From Iphione sp. A-MEVVRFRX5 (taxonomy: Eukaryota): DNA of 64,000 nucleotides. The stretch lies in assembly GCA_976226885.1 (NCBI GenBank), contig OZ320322.1, forward strand, positions 30,380,001-30,444,000. Reading direction: 5' to 3'. The notes under the pieces are model-generated. The model was not told the DNA's origin, did no database searches, and was given only the letters and a program-made list of their open reading frames with translations. Within the stretch, counting starts at the first letter, position 1; every line of letters begins with the position of its first letter. Positions 1 to 12,400 of this stretch are shown here, in pieces. Both the position numbers and the translations under genes were made by a program.

Positions 1-3000
1 TGAATTCGCAACATGCACTTTAAGAAATTTGTACAAAGTACTAATTTTGGTTCAGAGTAGTGAAATTTCTTTCAGTTTTATCTTTTTTTACATAAAAAAC
101 AAGAACGAAGCACAAGTATTTTAACTGATTTGGTCACTTTAAATAGTAAAACCAGTGGTGCGAGAGATGGCCGGATATTTTGATGGGAAATGCAAGGCAG
201 CAGCTGACCACTTTGCTAGACCAGGGTCACTCTACAGTCAGGAAGGAAGACAAAAATATATTGTCTTAAACATAGCATTTGTACATGTATTTTGTAATTT
301 AATTTCATTTCTACAACCCTCCGAATAGGTCTAGTGTTGCATATGGTTTTATCTGTTTTTGTTGTAAGCAGTCCGTGGCTGGCCTGCTGCATTTGCAGGT
401 ATTGAGTATGTATGTAATGATTATTGCTAGCCAACCCTGTCATATTGTGATTCTCTCTCCTCCTATACCATTGTAACAATTGGTCATGTTTTTAAATATA
501 ATGCTATCTTATATGGGTGCTTGCCCCTGGCTTACGTATAGTATCATTGCAAGTTAAATTGATGTGTCTTGAGATATGTGGTGACATGCACACGCAGTCA
601 TTTGGTCAGTCAGTTTAGAGATTTCAAGGCATAAACCTGTGTCATACTCACCCAGGCAGAACAAATTAATACTAGTCGATGGAACAGCGGGTGGAAGACT
701 AGTAGACTTTATAGGTCATTGTCTTATGACCACATTAAGTTTTGTAAGCAAAGAGTTGTCAGCTTGTCCCTCACGCAATCCCTTAGTGACAGTGCCACCA
801 GTATAGCTAACGACGTATTCTTACCTTAACTTTCGATGAAGCCATATTTGTTGGTTCTTTATCTAGAACCATTGTTGAAAGGATTATGCGCCACAAGCCT
901 ACAATTTCTAAGGAAACACTTTTTAGTCACTTAAAAAACATATCTAAGTGTGAGAGTAGGGTTATGTATCAACTGCATACAAAAACAAGTTTAAAAATTA
1001 ATTTTGATGGTCTTTCGAAGAACAGGTGTAATCGTCTAGTTATATGTCTGTTTTTATACGATTGTGTTTTTAAGTTTTGTATTTTGTTTTAGGCTGCAGG
1101 AGGGAGGGATAAATTGTAACGTTTCTAGTATCAAAAGGGTGACCTATTCTGGCATTTAGTGCAAAAGGCGTGGTTTTTAGTAAATATTGTGATTTACATG
1201 TCAAATTAATTTGCAAATACTAGTGCAATTTATGTGACTCATCGCTTCAGGAAATCTCATGATCCGCTGTTGAAGATGAAGAAAAGTTCGATTGTTGTGG
1301 AAATTTTGTGGCATCACCAGGGCTTTAAAAAACCTTCCTGATTTCATTTTTTACAAAAAGAGTTCCATGGTTGATTTGGAGTACAACAGTAGGGGATCCC
1401 TCTGTACTGTTACATTGCAAATGTTCTGTACATATTCAGCGTAAATTAAGGTGTGCAGAGTATGTCCTGGTGTAAAAGTACATGTAGATGCAGAGTACTC
1501 CGGCAAATGTGTGCGTTTTCCCCATCAAATTGGTACACATACGTTTATTATAAGTACAGCCGAGACCCATTTCAAAACCGTATCTCGGAGGAGATCAGTC
1601 AAGGGGGGCGATCAGGATTGAGAACAAATCATCCCTTGACTCTGTATAGATACGAGACCAAACCCTACTTTGGGAGTGACCAGAATCGCCCAGTCCCTGG
1701 TTTCGTCTCCTGTGCGGATCTTAACTGTGGTTGAGGGGGTACAAGACAACACTCTTGCTTGATCTGAGTACTGCCTTCCCTGACTGCTTAATCACGGTTA
1801 ATATTAGTATCACGTTGATTGGCTTCAACAGTCTCATGTTGAAATAACAAAGTTCGAGAGTGTTCCAAGAAATGGAGCTCAGTGTATTCCAAGATATAAT
1901 CTGTTGCACATGGAGTTTATTTTGGTTTTCATTAGAGGTCAGAAGGTCATATGTATCTAGTGCTTGTCCTTTCAAGAACGAAAGACGAAGAATGAGTGTT
2001 CTTGGTAACTGAGGCACATGATTGAGGCTATAATTTAACTAGATTCCCTGGAGAAAACATAGTCAATATCAGGACCAGCATCTTTCACATTCAGTTCAAG
2101 GTGGGTCGCTTTGCTTGGGCGATAATAGCAGTAATCATCTTAATTTTCCGGTGAGAAAAAAATGAAAAGAATTTTTATACATGCAGATAAATTATCCTGG
2201 TCAATTACAATAATTTGATCTTAGCTGGATGACAGTAAGAGCAACTAGTATGTCCGCAAATGCGTAATGTCGGTGGGCGATAATAGAGGAAATACGTGAC
2301 GGGGTACCGAAGCAGTAGCAGTAACGAACTGTGGGGGACTCAGGGAGACAACCACAACGGGAAGATGAAGGACTGTAGTCACCAGCATGTACTAGTTGAG
2401 GAAAGTTGGCGACCGGATTAAGCGAGTCGCATCGGAAACGTAAGAAGGTTACGGGTTTATAATGATCGCGTAATTGGGCTTGGCAGATAGTTACGTATGA
2501 AATGTGTACAAAACTTTGCCGATGGCCAGTATCAACGCGGTTCCAGCGCGTACACACCTCCACACACGCAATACGCGCATGCATACATAAAGCTTAGCAG
2601 AGACTGTGTTATACTCTAATATGCTTACCAGATCTACATTCCTTAGGATGAAGACAAGACTCTGGATTCCGTACAAAATCTTGCTTACTGAAATCTTACC
2701 AGATCATTTGGGATGTACACGTGGGAAATACCGTTAGAAACATCGGTGGATTCATTCCCATGAAATATTTTTCGCTCGATTGAAAACGAGTTGAAAGCAC
2801 CATGGATCATGGAGGGACCGTTCTCCCTATCACCAGTAAGAAGAGCTAGAAGCAGGCGAACCAGATCTGTATATATGGGTTTGTGGTTGTCTTCCACCAT
2901 AAACTCCTGTTCAAGCCAGATTCTGGCTCCCAAGGCATATATTTTATCGTGCCCCATTAACTGGTGGGATTAGTGGTCAGCATAAAACCTTGAGGTCAAA

Positions 3001-3240
3001 GAGATAAATGCTCAGATACCCAGGACTCGGCCACACATTTGTGTACCACTTTTGCGTTTGGCATAAAGCACACTGATCGGTACATTCATACAAACATGTT
3101 GAAAGACTGCATTTTTTGTGACATTTTATTCTGTTAACCAATCATTTTGAGGTATGTAGAGTATTTCTTACATATTCTTTTCCCTCCCTTTATTTATGCC
3201 ATCAATAATCATGTCTTGGGTGTTTATGTTTATGTGACAG

Positions 3241-3437
3241 GGTCCGTCAACTCGCCTGGTGATGGTCGACTCAACCACCACCACCAGCACCACCACCAGC
3301 ACCACCAGGTCAACTCCCGCATGGATGGTGAACGGCACAGTGCATCCTCCTCGTCCTCCTCTTCGACCACGTCCAAACCTGCGTACAAGTCATTGGAGAG
3401 TCTCAAGTCCAGTGAGCCCAGGGATGCTAAAACAGAG
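3241..3437 (+). CDS. WAC: WAC exon (His/Ser-rich, upstream of WW domain)
   Basis: gtgacag| acceptor and gag|gtacgt donor; [23 protein letters not shown]...DAKTE; phase 1 to 0, matching the next exon. Confidence 0.8.
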
Positions 3438-6400
3438 GTACGTTGGTCCCTCTTTGGGATTACACTTAGTCCACGCCTAACGAACACTCTGTGTACAAAT
3501 TGTCCTGGTATCAAAATGCATTTGAACTCTATATATGTTGCTCAATATTCATGCAGTATCATGTCCTACATCTGATCAGAATTCCCTCAAACAGGCATTG
3601 TCTCGATAAGCGCAGGCTGACTGCACATATAAAAGCACATTGTCTGTACATGTATACATGTAGATATTTTCAGTGTTTCCACCAGCAGCATTATTTCGAT
3701 TGTTATTACTTTAATTCTCTGCTACATATATGGTTGTCATAATTAATGTGTCATGTTGAGGCTTTTTTCACCTGTATTGTGCGTTCTAAATATAGAATAC
3801 ATTCAACATCGATCGATACAGCCTGAAATGAAAAATATGCGGTTTGCACGTGTTTTGCTTATACAGCATTCCCTAGAAATTTTGAATAACATGAATTACT
3901 TGGTTGAGAATGATATGTAAATAGGAAGGGATGTCCCTTAAGAAGGACAAAAATACACGTAATACATGCAACATTTATTCAGAAGTCTACATGGTAAGAC
4001 CAACACTGGTAAGGGGGTGGCGGCTGGGAAAATCGATAATCACGTATGAAAAGTTAGGCTGGGACTGAAAATCATTAGGAAGTTGAAAAGATGTCATGAG
4101 CAACTACTCTGCTAGAATCCACATGACATGTACAGAAACATTCACTCTTGCTAAATCCAAGAGATGGCTCCCTAGCGACCTGTTACGCCTATATATGTAT
4201 ATGTATTTTTCCTTTGATCTACATCTGTACACATTAGAAACAGTGTTGTAGTAGCTTGGAAATTGCGCTCCGTTTCATCCTAATGTCTTAACATCTATAT
4301 TCAGGCCTCCATGGAATTGATAGGTATGTTTTTCTAGATTTTATTGCTAAACATTATGTTTTATTCCAGCAAATACAGAAGGGTGCTCTGCGAGTGTCAG
4401 GAGACTGGTCCGAACATAGAAGCTCCTCAGGCAAAAAATATTACTACAACTGCAAGTCTGAGGTCTCTCAATGGGAGAAGCCAAAAGACTGGATTGAACT
4501 GTAAGTTGCCATAGAATTTTTCAGATATTAGCACCGGTTTTGTTTTTTCTTGAATCAAAGTATGCCCGCCTAGGCATCTCACAGCAAACTTTGCAATGAC
4601 TCGGTAGAAAGGTTTGATAAGCCAAGAGTTGTCTGGTGTGTCAGTGAGGATGTTCTGGCTTGTTTATCTTTTGGCTTGGTCTCTTCTTAAAAAGAATGTT
4701 CTATCACCAGTCCCACTGACAATGTTACAAAGCAGGACCATAACCACCAGAAAAAAAACGTTTGTATCCTTAAGCGCTATCCCCATGTATGCGAACCTTC
4801 CACACCCACCACCTTGTGCGTGGACATTGGAAGATCTGCCCCAAGCCAAAAAGATAAGCTATTCCCATGTGTATGGACAATACGTACCTGCCACCTGATG
4901 CGTGCGGGCGAGTTGATCGTGGTCCGGTTCACCCGGACCCCACCACGTCCCCGCCACCTTGTGCGTGGCTGTAACTGGGTCAAATAGATCATGTGGCCCT
5001 GATATTGCGAGAGTCTCACCTGCATCTCTGTGCTTGTTTACTTTTGGTGGATGCTAGGTTGTCCATCCGGGCGAAATATCATCAACTTTTGAGACTGGAC
5101 ACATATTATGCAGTTGCTCAGACATATCAGTGTCAGTGTCAGACGGCAGTGAGTGGACACACCAAAGTCCATTCTGAAGGATTACATGTACAGTACACTC
5201 CCTCTATTCCGGACACCCTTGGTTCTGGCCCAAACCGTCCGCATTTGAGAGGCGTCTGCATTGGAGATCACTACAGGGGGGTCAAACTAGAAAATGAAAT
5301 CCCTTTCTCCCTCTCTCTCTATAAATTAATTCAACCAGTTAAGGTCCAAAGAGTACTGAATTTGACCAGTTAAAGTCCGAAAAGTCCTGAATTTGACCAG
5401 TTAAAGTCCTAAAAGTCCTGAATTTGACCAGTTAAAGTCCTAAAAGTACTGAATTTGACCAGTAAAAGTCCTAAAAGTCCTGAATTTGACCAGTAAAAGT
5501 CCAAAAAGTACTGACTTCTGTCCACAGGGTCTATTCATGTCTACCTTTGAAAAGGACTCCTGGAGCCTCTCTAGGGCCCCAAATTCGCGCGAAAACACCT
5601 CATCCACAGGGGTTATTCGTGTCTACCTTTGAAAAGGACTCCTGGAGCCTCTCTAGGGCCCCAAATTCGCGCGAAAACATATACAGAGGTGTAAAATCCT
5701 ACTCTTTGAGGGTGTCAGAGAGGTGTCCACAGGGAGACGTGTCTAAAATTTTGCTGTCCGCATTGGAGACATCAGCTTACTATAGGAAGCATTAGGAAAT
5801 TATTTCGTTCTGCTTCAAATCGTCCGTATTTGAGACGCGTCCGCATTGGAGACGCGTCCGCGGGGAGGGAGTGTACTGTATATTGATCAGACATTCTGGA
5901 GTCTGCTCTTCAAACATTTGTACATAATATTTACCACTATTTTTCATGCTAGACATTATCATATAGCAGAAAACATACCTTTTGACTTGACCTTTAAATC
6001 TCTGCCCTTAAAACCACATGTTTAGAGGGAGTTATGGCTGATCAACTTCTGGTTGGACACACACATGTCCACGTGGACCATTCGCATACATGGGGATAGA
6101 CGCTGCCACCTGTTGTGGGGAGCTACCTGCAGCCTGCACCACACCACAAGTTGTGTGCAGACAATTTGTTTGCATGGAGATAGCGCTTATTTCCTCGCCT
6201 GTGTAGATTATTCTGCTGACCTGACTGTCCTTATCTGGATTGTTTAGACTCGCCATCTCTTTGGGCAGGTTGGCCCATCCCCATCCCTCTACCACGCCCT
6301 TCCTCTTGTATTGCCCTGCTTGCTCTTTGCTTGAATCAATGAACTGTTGTTCTGTTTCATATACCTTTCTACCGACTAAGTAATGTTTTTGGTCCCTTAG

Positions 6401-9400
6401 GCCTACTTAATTGTAAACACTGTTTAAATACCTGCCGTTCATCTCCCGTGTCTCACTGTCTCACAGCATTTATGCGTTCCAGTCCTACCCAGTTACCCAC
6501 TGGTGATACTTCCCTCTTTCTATCACATCATGTGTACTTGGTATTTTTTTTTTTCATATATTCTGTATATCCGTCAAGATGTATAAACATGTATATATGT
6601 ATATATACTGTGTCTAACATGCCTTTATTTCGGTGGTACTCCATTTATTTGGGGGGATGGAGGTTTGTTACATCAGTTGATATGTGCTTAGTTCCGTAAT
6701 TCCATATTTCTTCAGTCATTACATGCTCCACCGTTTTTATCATCAGGAAATCCGGTCTACCTGAATCTAGTCTGGTCTCATAGTCCAGCTGATTGTGTGC
6801 TCCAGACCTGCCTCCTTCCCTTCCCCGCTAATCATTCAGCAAACCTCATTTTCCATCTGTTATTTTCGTTTCGTTCATCTATGTGTAATGTACATATACT
6901 CTGACATCGAGTTAATTTTCTAAATACCGACGTTTTCTCCACACACACAGGGCAGCAAACCTTGGTCGGCCCACGGATAGCTCCAGTAGTCGATCCAAGG
7001 ATCGTAATGGCAGGGATGCCAGAAGTGCACTATCTTCAGCCAGTAGCACCCGATGTAAGTCGCTTATGTTCTACTATTAATAATTGAAATTGAAATTGAT
7101 AATTAATTCAATTTCAATTTCAATTTCAATTTCAAAGTCTCAGACAGATCGAATATCGATGATGGATGACATACTGGGTGATGTGAATACGATATTTACT
7201 AAGAAGAGTACAGTCCATAGATTTATTAGGGCATCCAGTAGGTGATAAAGAGCTCATCCTTTGAAGATTCAGGCATGCAGGCTTCCCGAAGATTTGTGGG
7301 TACTTGTCTGTGGATTTATGTGTGTGTGTGTGTCACCCTCTGCAGGCAGCGTTACCCCAGATAGCCCCTTTGAAAGGCCTGTTACCACACTGCTGTTTTT
7401 TTGTGGGTAACGTCCAGCCGTGATTCGAAGTTAGACTAGTTGTTTAGTAAACAGCCCCTCACATACATATCTGAACAGACGAGAGGAAGAAAGCGGGAGA
7501 TATTTTGGCAGTTGGTAATGCGGACCTTATAGTGCATAGCTGTATGTATTGTACAGTGTTAGTGCTTTTCATCTGGGTTTTTGTATCACCATGAGACGAA
7601 TGAAAGTATGTATATTTGCACACGGATATATCTATATTTTTAAAAAGTATGACAGTGAGACAAACGAGAAGACGCTAACACGGTGTTCCATCAGGTTTGC
7701 TGTCGTTAAGTTCTGTCTATTACGATGGGCTGAGATTTTTCCTGGGTAAACTGCTGACCATTGATCGTGTCCTTCGCTTGCAGCCTCTGACGAACGGTAT
7801 AGACATTCCAGCGGAGGGACCGGAGGGAGTGGCGTGTCCGCCTCGTCGGCGAGCGGCAACCACCGGGGCTACCCCGCCTCCACCTACAGCACGGCCGGCG
7901 GCAGCGGCTACCCGTCCCCCGCGACGGCCAGCTCCGACCACAGACACTCGCACCCCACGCACGGGGAGCACAGAGACCGGGCCGACCTGCGCAAGAGCTG
8001 GTCGGGCCCCGCCGGCGCCGGCGGCTCCTCCACAGCTAGCGGCGACCGCTACGGGGAGTATAGCCGCGACGCGCGAGATAGTGGACTCCAGCAGCGGATC
8101 CCTGTGGTGTGCCGCAGTACTAGCTTACCCGACGGACCGGGACACGGTAGCGCCGGCGGCGGCGGCAGCAGCAGCAGCGGCGGCGGCCATCAGCGCCATG
8201 ATCGCGGCAGTGCGCGCAGTCGTGATGATCGCCATGTGGACAACCATCATCACCACAAACTGTCCGCCGCCGCCTTTAACGGAGCGCGCCATTCGGGAGA
8301 TATGCCAAGGAATGATAACGAAGGTAAGAACCACACCACCCTTTCTGTCTCACTTCGGCTAACAGTGGAAGAAGTTTCGAATTTTTCTTTTCTAAAACGG
8401 TTCAATTGGGCACATTGCTTTCGCATCACTTATTGTTTACCTTCATCAAAATTTTACAGTAGAAGTATATTTTTACTATTAAAGAAGTCGTGTCGGTATA
8501 CACCAGTCTTTCACAGGAATTGGTGGACATTTCAACGTCGGAGAACTCATCATGGACACATTCAGTAATTGGGATGGATAGATGTAGAAGACAACTCGTA
8601 AGGGGGGAAAATCGCGATGAATTGTCAACAATACTTTCAAACGGAGTAGCACAGGTGATGGTTGTTTTCACGTTGTGTGGTAGGGTATCAGTTGCAGTTC
8701 CATACAGGATTTCATCTAGTGACTTGTTTCCGGCCGAGGAAAAATAGCACCGTCCTGTTGACGGAGTATCTGAGTGATAAGCATGACTGCTAGTTTCCAT
8801 GTTTTGCGTTGCTTAGTTAACTAGAGTAGCATGGATAGGCTGCAAACCGCAGAAATGTATGTAGTAACGTCGCTAATAGATTTTATTGGCTGTTGGAGAA
8901 TTTTTATGCCATATCAGAGAGGAGGACATGTTTATCACATGATTAGTTTCTGAACTTGTTGGGTCATCTTTGGACATTAAAATGAGACACCTCATCACAA
9001 AAAGTTCCTTGCGTAGTATCTTCTCATCGACCGGACAGTTTGTGTGTGTGTGTGGGGGGGGGTCTCTAACCTAGAAGTGTCCTTGATAATACTTCAAGGT
9101 CGGCCACAATGGGATAGATGATATTGAAATCCATGTCCTGGACTTCATACATGCTAATCGAGAAAGCACAAGAGCCAGATACTTAAGAAATCTAATTGAA
9201 AACAAGTGGATGTCCAGGCTCAAGAGTTTCCTCCCAAATGGTCTCAACCTGATAGAAGCACCCTCTCACTAGTGGGTTAGCCCAGCCAATTCAGCCAGAC
9301 CACATTGCCTCGTTGCCATCTACATGGTGAAAAATTGCCAGTAAAATTACTGACAATCACAAAAGCAACAAAATTGTTGACCACCTTGAATTACAAATGA

Positions 9401-12400
9401 TGCCTGAGGAGCCATAGTCGGCGAAACCTTGAAAGCCCCATCAGATCCCACTTGGACCATTAAATCCACATGAGGACTCAATAATATGGCAAAATTGCAT
9501 TAAGTATGACAATCAACAAAAAATGTTGATTACCATGGGGAGAAACCATGAGTTGCATAACAACACAGTGGACAAGTGACTCACCAGTGGTAGGCAGTTA
9601 TGCATGGAACATTTCAGTTCTAGCTTCAAGGTAGCATCACGCAGAAGTGTTTAGAGCCACGTCTTCGTAATTATTTTTAATACATCAAGGTCATAATTGT
9701 GCTCTGGGTAAAGATCGGGGGCTTGGGATTCGTCTAAGAGGTGCACTGGTCCCGACCGTCACCTGAGGCCGTTCTCCATACCGTTGAGGTTTTAAAGCCC
9801 GTCATCATTGCAGGGTTTGTAGACCTTAAACCAGATCCTCAGAATATATCGAGATGAAATATATACGTGCATGTCGATTTGTATGACATCTGCAGCGTCG
9901 TTGATTAAAAAGCCTAGAAATTCGACCATTTAAATACACGGGGATGACATACGGTGTATGAGAGAGTCCATTTCTTTGTGTTGACTATATGGTCAGTAAC
10001 GACCTATTGCATGCACATGTATGCGTGGCATCTGTTTAAAAGATTCAAGCATTTTATAATACATTTTGCATTTAAGATATAAACAGATATGTCATTTCAC
10101 CAGAGAAATGGGGAAGTACTGTTACTTAGAGCTTTGTGGTGAGGTGATATCCTTTGTACCTTTACCCATGACCATGCGACGGTGAATTACAGACGGGAGA
10201 GCGATATAAACAAATACTATCATGTTTGAGAGAAGAAGAGAATTTTCAATCAGATACACTGCTTCACAAATGCTCAGATTGGTAACCTTGTCATTTGTAA
10301 ACAAACAGGCCGTATCTTTTGAAACCTTAACGCACATGTATCTTACTGGATTGAAGTAGACAATGGCATTGTAGTTTCTGTGGTGTCTTCCCTTTTTTAA
10401 CCATTCAGCATTCTATGTGGATGGCATAAAGCATTCTATCCATAACTTACATGATTGGTTCTGTGAACTTTTCTGGTGAATTCTTCAGGATGCTGTAGGT
10501 GACCGATGCTGAAGATCAGTGAATGGTCACAACACCAATAACACTGGAGTCATTTAATTCTGACATGAAAAAATATGCCTCAGTCAAAACTTTCCGACAA
10601 TTTCCATAAGAAAACCTGGCAGATACTCTTGACTCATGAACTTTAACTTTGTTCAAGGCAGTGTAGAAATTTTCACTGCAAGCATGTTAGAACCACCAAC
10701 GCCATTACAGATGTGCTATTACCGTACCTTGTCAGTGTTAGTATCTTGCAGGAGACCTCCCTTTCTGGGATTACCTAGCCTGTTCTCTGACATTAAGACT
10801 TGAACATTCCGTTAGTGTGAAATTCATTACAACGCCATAGTCATTATCTTTGGTCTAGTTGGACTCTCTGCGGGGTCCCTAGAAATACCCTGTCCTGCAG
10901 GCAAACTTTTAAGGGCTGCCTTCTTCTTTCCTGCGGACAAATATCAGACTCTTCTCCTCTTCCAATATTCCTCCAAGACTTATTGAATATATATATATAT
11001 GTATATTTATATATATATATATACAGTTAACTCTGTGTTAAAAGACCAGATCACAGGGGAGAACAGACATGGGGAGAAACCAAGTTTTGATAGAATCAAA
11101 TGTGTATATTTCTACATAAAAGAGACAACAGAGGAAATCAGACCTCGACAAAGACCACATTTCTCCCGTTCCTCGGGTGTTTTTCTAAGGGGGAATTCTC
11201 TGTATGCATGTATATGTACAGGTATTTGTAGCACAACAAAGTTACACAGAGTAGGACCTGGTGCTGCATGATGAATCGGCTATCAGAAAACAGTGATGCA
11301 TTTTAGTCATACAGCCAACCATACGTAATCATTGCTCACTGATTATTCTGTCATATGTAGGTGGGGGATATTAACTGCTCCAGTCCTCTTATTCCTTGTA
11401 AAGTCCTACTTAAGTTTCAAGTTCATTTTTTTTTTTTTTTTTTTTTTTGACAAAACATTCATGTCAATTTTATCTATTGAAGACCTCCAAAACTGATACC
11501 ATTAAAGTAAAGGACAGGAACTATTTTCTGTCAACAAACCTCACCAAGCAACAGGACAGGAGGCATGACTACAACATTCTTTGTGTCATAACAGGGTAGC
11601 TTCTCTACATCCAAACAGGCTATTTCAGTTTTCTCCAAGTTTCAAGTTCATGTTGTCTGTACAGGTATACCCGTTTTAACAAATCATCTTGGAATGAATC
11701 CTCTTAAAATAGTAGTAGCCTATTTCTATACACTGTATGGCCTGAAACCACTTCACCCCACTTTGCTTTTTTAAAAGAATAACATAAAAAGTGATAAATG
11801 CAGACATAAATCTCTATGAAAGTGAATTACATGTACTTTTTAGTGAATATTTAGTCAAAAAGTATGAAAAATCATTTTTAAAAAGTGAGCCTCATGTATC
11901 GAAGTTTCCCACAACGAGGTGATACTATGGAACTCATTTACTCCCTTGACAGAAGTGTGTTTGTAATGCGTTCTTCAGTGGTTCCCTACCCGTCCAACCT
12001 TGTAGTCAGGAGCTTATTGAGATTAATAGAAGTAGAAATATATATATATATATTATATTTTCTTTGGATGATTATGAATATCTCCTGAGACTTTTACGTC
12101 TGTCGGGAACCAGAGATCATTTTGATCATGTTGAATTACTAGTCTGTTCGGCTTAGGTTAGCAAGGAGACGTCACGTATTATGCCTGGAGAGAGACTGTC
12201 GTTAAAGTCCTGCTAGTAGTAAACTGTCGTAAAGCCACATGTGTTGAGTATGCTCATGACACTAGGCTTGTTTGCTGTACATATTGTATGGCTGCGCACG
12301 CATACGTTTGTATGCAACAAATAGTAGAACTATGCCTTATCAGTGACATGATTGTTGATTGATGCTATCTGTAGTAAAGAATTGTGGCACATTAGTATGG

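Larger units (their letters stand above)
5191..5878. mobile_element. Non-autonomous Tc1/mariner-pogo-type MITE, 688 bp
   Basis: Perfect 13-bp TIRs CAGTACACTCCCT, TA on both flanks (5189-5190, 5879-5880), subterminal cgtccgcattggaga repeats, no ORF. Confidence 0.88.

Noticed and set aside
1721-2120. Possible Gypsy gag remnant on - (LRLSFLKGQALDTYDLL)
   Set aside because: One short motif-like stretch with no LTR, protease or RT nearby; too weak to call.
2685-2957. ORF with EFMVEDNHKP resembling RNase H or RTE motifs
   Set aside because: Ambiguous between unrelated families and the flanking residues do not fit either.
4664-4849. Small ORF with a hydrophobic stretch and dibasic sites (neuropeptide-like)
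   Set aside because: Short, antisense within an intron, with no promoter or splice support; expected by chance.
5325-5515. Regular ~31-bp repeats suggestive of a CRISPR array
   Set aside because: Units are contiguous with no unique spacers, there are no cas genes, and the context is a eukaryotic MITE.
7697-8362. 221-aa ORF and antisense ORFs over the large WAC exon
   Set aside because: Off-frame products of a GC-rich exon; splice phases select the 7834 frame.
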